NCBI GenBank assembly: GCA_964016885.1
Contig: OZ024746.1
Location: 186,001-250,000, forward strand
DNA from: Eledone cirrhosa
Lineage: Eukaryota
Direction: 5' to 3'
Length of the DNA stretch: 64,000 bases
The notes beneath the pieces were generated by a model. That model searched no databases and was not told the DNA's origin. It worked only from the letters and a program-made list of their open reading frames with translations. Below, one piece after another: positions 62,121 through 64,000 of the stretch. Position 1 is the stretch's first letter, and each line of letters begins with the position of its first letter. The position numbers and the translations under genes were made by a program.

Positions 62121-62732
62121 GTCGTATTTATAATTAATGCTTTATATTTAGTATGGCTGTAATAATTCGGCGAGATATTTTCAAACGGAGTCAACGAATA
62201 AAAAATATTTATTTGCGTGCATTAATTATGAAATGTCCTCAAAATCACTGACGTGACAAATAAATTGGACAGATTAAATGAAGACATCCGTGTGTAAACA
62301 AAATGTTGTCGGGTCCCAGATCAGAATTTAGTAGAACCTGGCAAAATATTGACAATATTTGGACGGGATGAACGAAATTAATAAAGAGAAACTACAACTA
62401 AAAACTAATGACATCTCACATAAAGAAGACGAATTAATCGTTAATATTAAGGATATATAAACTTGTGTTGCTTTCGTTCTTAGATCTTTAGAAGGAATTT
62501 ACCTCGTCAAAATACAACTATACTTATATAATACTTATAGAAATATCTTGTTTCCACATTCAAGCGTGGAAAAATATATTCTGAATAAATACAAATAATT
62601 AAAAGAAGGTTAGGAAGCAATTTTATAAGTGTAGTTGTATTGTATTTTGTTTTATTTCTTTTTATAGTTTATATCACAGCTGAGAAGTTAATGAAATTAG
62701 CGAGAAGAAAACACTACACCATGCCAACTTAC

Positions 62733-62902
62733 CATTGGAAGAATTTACATTTCCATATATTCTCTGTGAGACAAATATCTCTCATGCGATGGCATGTAAA
62801 GGCTAACCGACAGATATCTACATGTGAAACTTTATCACAACAGAGAATTTTCACTAAAATCTCTGTTGGAAGCTGCGGCAGAAGTTTCACTCCGTCTGCC
62901 AT
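62733..62902 (-). CDS. FBXO21: FBXO21 exon 1 (F-box)
   Basis: MADGVKLLPQLPTEILVKIL..DICRLAFTCHRMRDIC..NIWKCKFFQ TG|gtaagt; LPxEIL F-box. The 12 exons sum to 1815 nt in frame. Confidence 0.93.
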
Positions 62903-63042
62903 ATTTTTTTCTTGTTTCAATAAAATTGTAATGCTAGAGTTATCTCCCCGAGTTTACAAGACTCCAGACATAGAGTGTATTAACTCTTGGGTGAGTATTA
63001 AATCTTTCCATGTCAGAATTTACCAATAAATTATATCGACTT

Positions 63043-63500
63043 ACTCTCTGGAGGGTCCCAAATAATAGGGAGGAGGGGGTTGGAATAAGCGGGTATAGGC
63101 AGGAGTGATATAAGATGGAGGTTGGTGGTATAAGTTGGAATAAGTGGAGGGTTGGTGGAATAAGAGGGGTGGGTAGAATAAGCAGGGGTGAATGGAAAAA
63201 GCGGGAGGATGGTGGAATAAGAGGGGTGGGTAGAATAAGCAGGGGTGGGTGGAATAAGCGGAGGAATCAGAAATTTTTCTAGGTTGTCTCGGTTGATTAA
63301 AAAAAAAAATAGAATTAATTATTTAGTTTACATATTGAGAACCATCCTATTTATTTTATAACATATGGGATTTCTAGTAATGTACTTTTTTTGTCATGTA
63401 TAATGTTTTTAATGTCTAAAGAACATTAAGTTATAATTTCGTCGGATATAGAGTAGCAAAATTTAATAAACGGGGGGGTCTGAAAAATTAATAAGTGGGG
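63043..63500 (+). mobile_element. MITE-like repeat with a G-rich internal tandem array, just upstream of FBXO21
   Basis: Family of 8465 and 10585; GGTGGAATAAG(C/A)GG units at 63070-63265. Confidence 0.65.
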
Positions 63501-64000
63501 TGGCGACATCTTTTCCAGGTCGATAAAAAAAAGTACCAATCTAGTACCAGGGTCGATTCTTCCTCTATATCTCTTTCTCACTTCTATTCTCACTCTTTCT
63601 GTCCTTCTCTGGAAGAAACCTGCTGTATTCAGATCTGGAGAGGAGATGGTCTAGGGACCTCACAAATATAATGCACAAAAATATTAATTCATCACCAAGT
63701 GCGATAATTAGTCACATATCACGCCACAAGGGTCAACGGAAAATCGGTACGGTCGGGTGATGGGAAGGCTAAGGCGCTGAAATAACCAGGCACCCTCACC
63801 AGTTGGCCGTTGCAGCGAGTGTCACTGGACATTGTCTGCGGAAATGCTTTTGTAGATTTGTCCGCGGGGCGCAGTCGAAACACTGCTCCGACCTAAGTGT
63901 ATAGTATGTCGCTCTCTCCCCTTGCCCTTCTCTTGCCTAATAGACCTTTCCCTATAGACCTTGCTCTTTTCCTTTCTTTCTTCTAGTTTATGACATTTAT

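Noticed and set aside
63720-63910. CpG-rich segment at the window end
   Set aside because: Could be promoter or retroelement remnant; not resolvable here

Overview
Repeat-dense, AT-rich animal genomic DNA. The repeat landscape (RTE LINEs with (GAT)n tails, tRNA-derived SINEs, TA/CA microsatellites) looks like an octopus genome; this is an inference. Three spliced genes were reconstructed by hand from splice sites and phase continuity. (1) The last two coding exons of PEX14 (+; 2789-2883, 9969-10269). (2) An unidentified, largely helical protein gene of about 285-310 aa (-; firm exons 21688-22278 and 20416-20624, uncertain small 5' exons). (3) A complete 12-exon FBXO21 homolog (-; 62902 to 45104, 1815 nt CDS, 604 aa; F-box, SirB1/transglutaminase-like core, YccV/HspQ domain). 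The rest is mobile DNA and tandem repeats: two near-full-length decayed RTE LINEs and many 3' fragments, CR1 and CRE-like fragments, two SINE families, a hAT derivative, and mariner/pogo-type MITEs. The most unusual observations are: minimal hammerhead-ribozyme motifs, two of them in a small element with inverted termini; a long-range inverted duplication between FBXO21 introns 2 and 7 that covers the exon-8 polypyrimidine tract; a relic copy of FBXO21 exon 11; a 23-bp satellite born from LINE coding sequence; a 17-copy branch-point-like array before a PEX14 exon; and several near-perfect hairpins. All coordinates and alignments were made by eye, and repeat boundaries are approximate.
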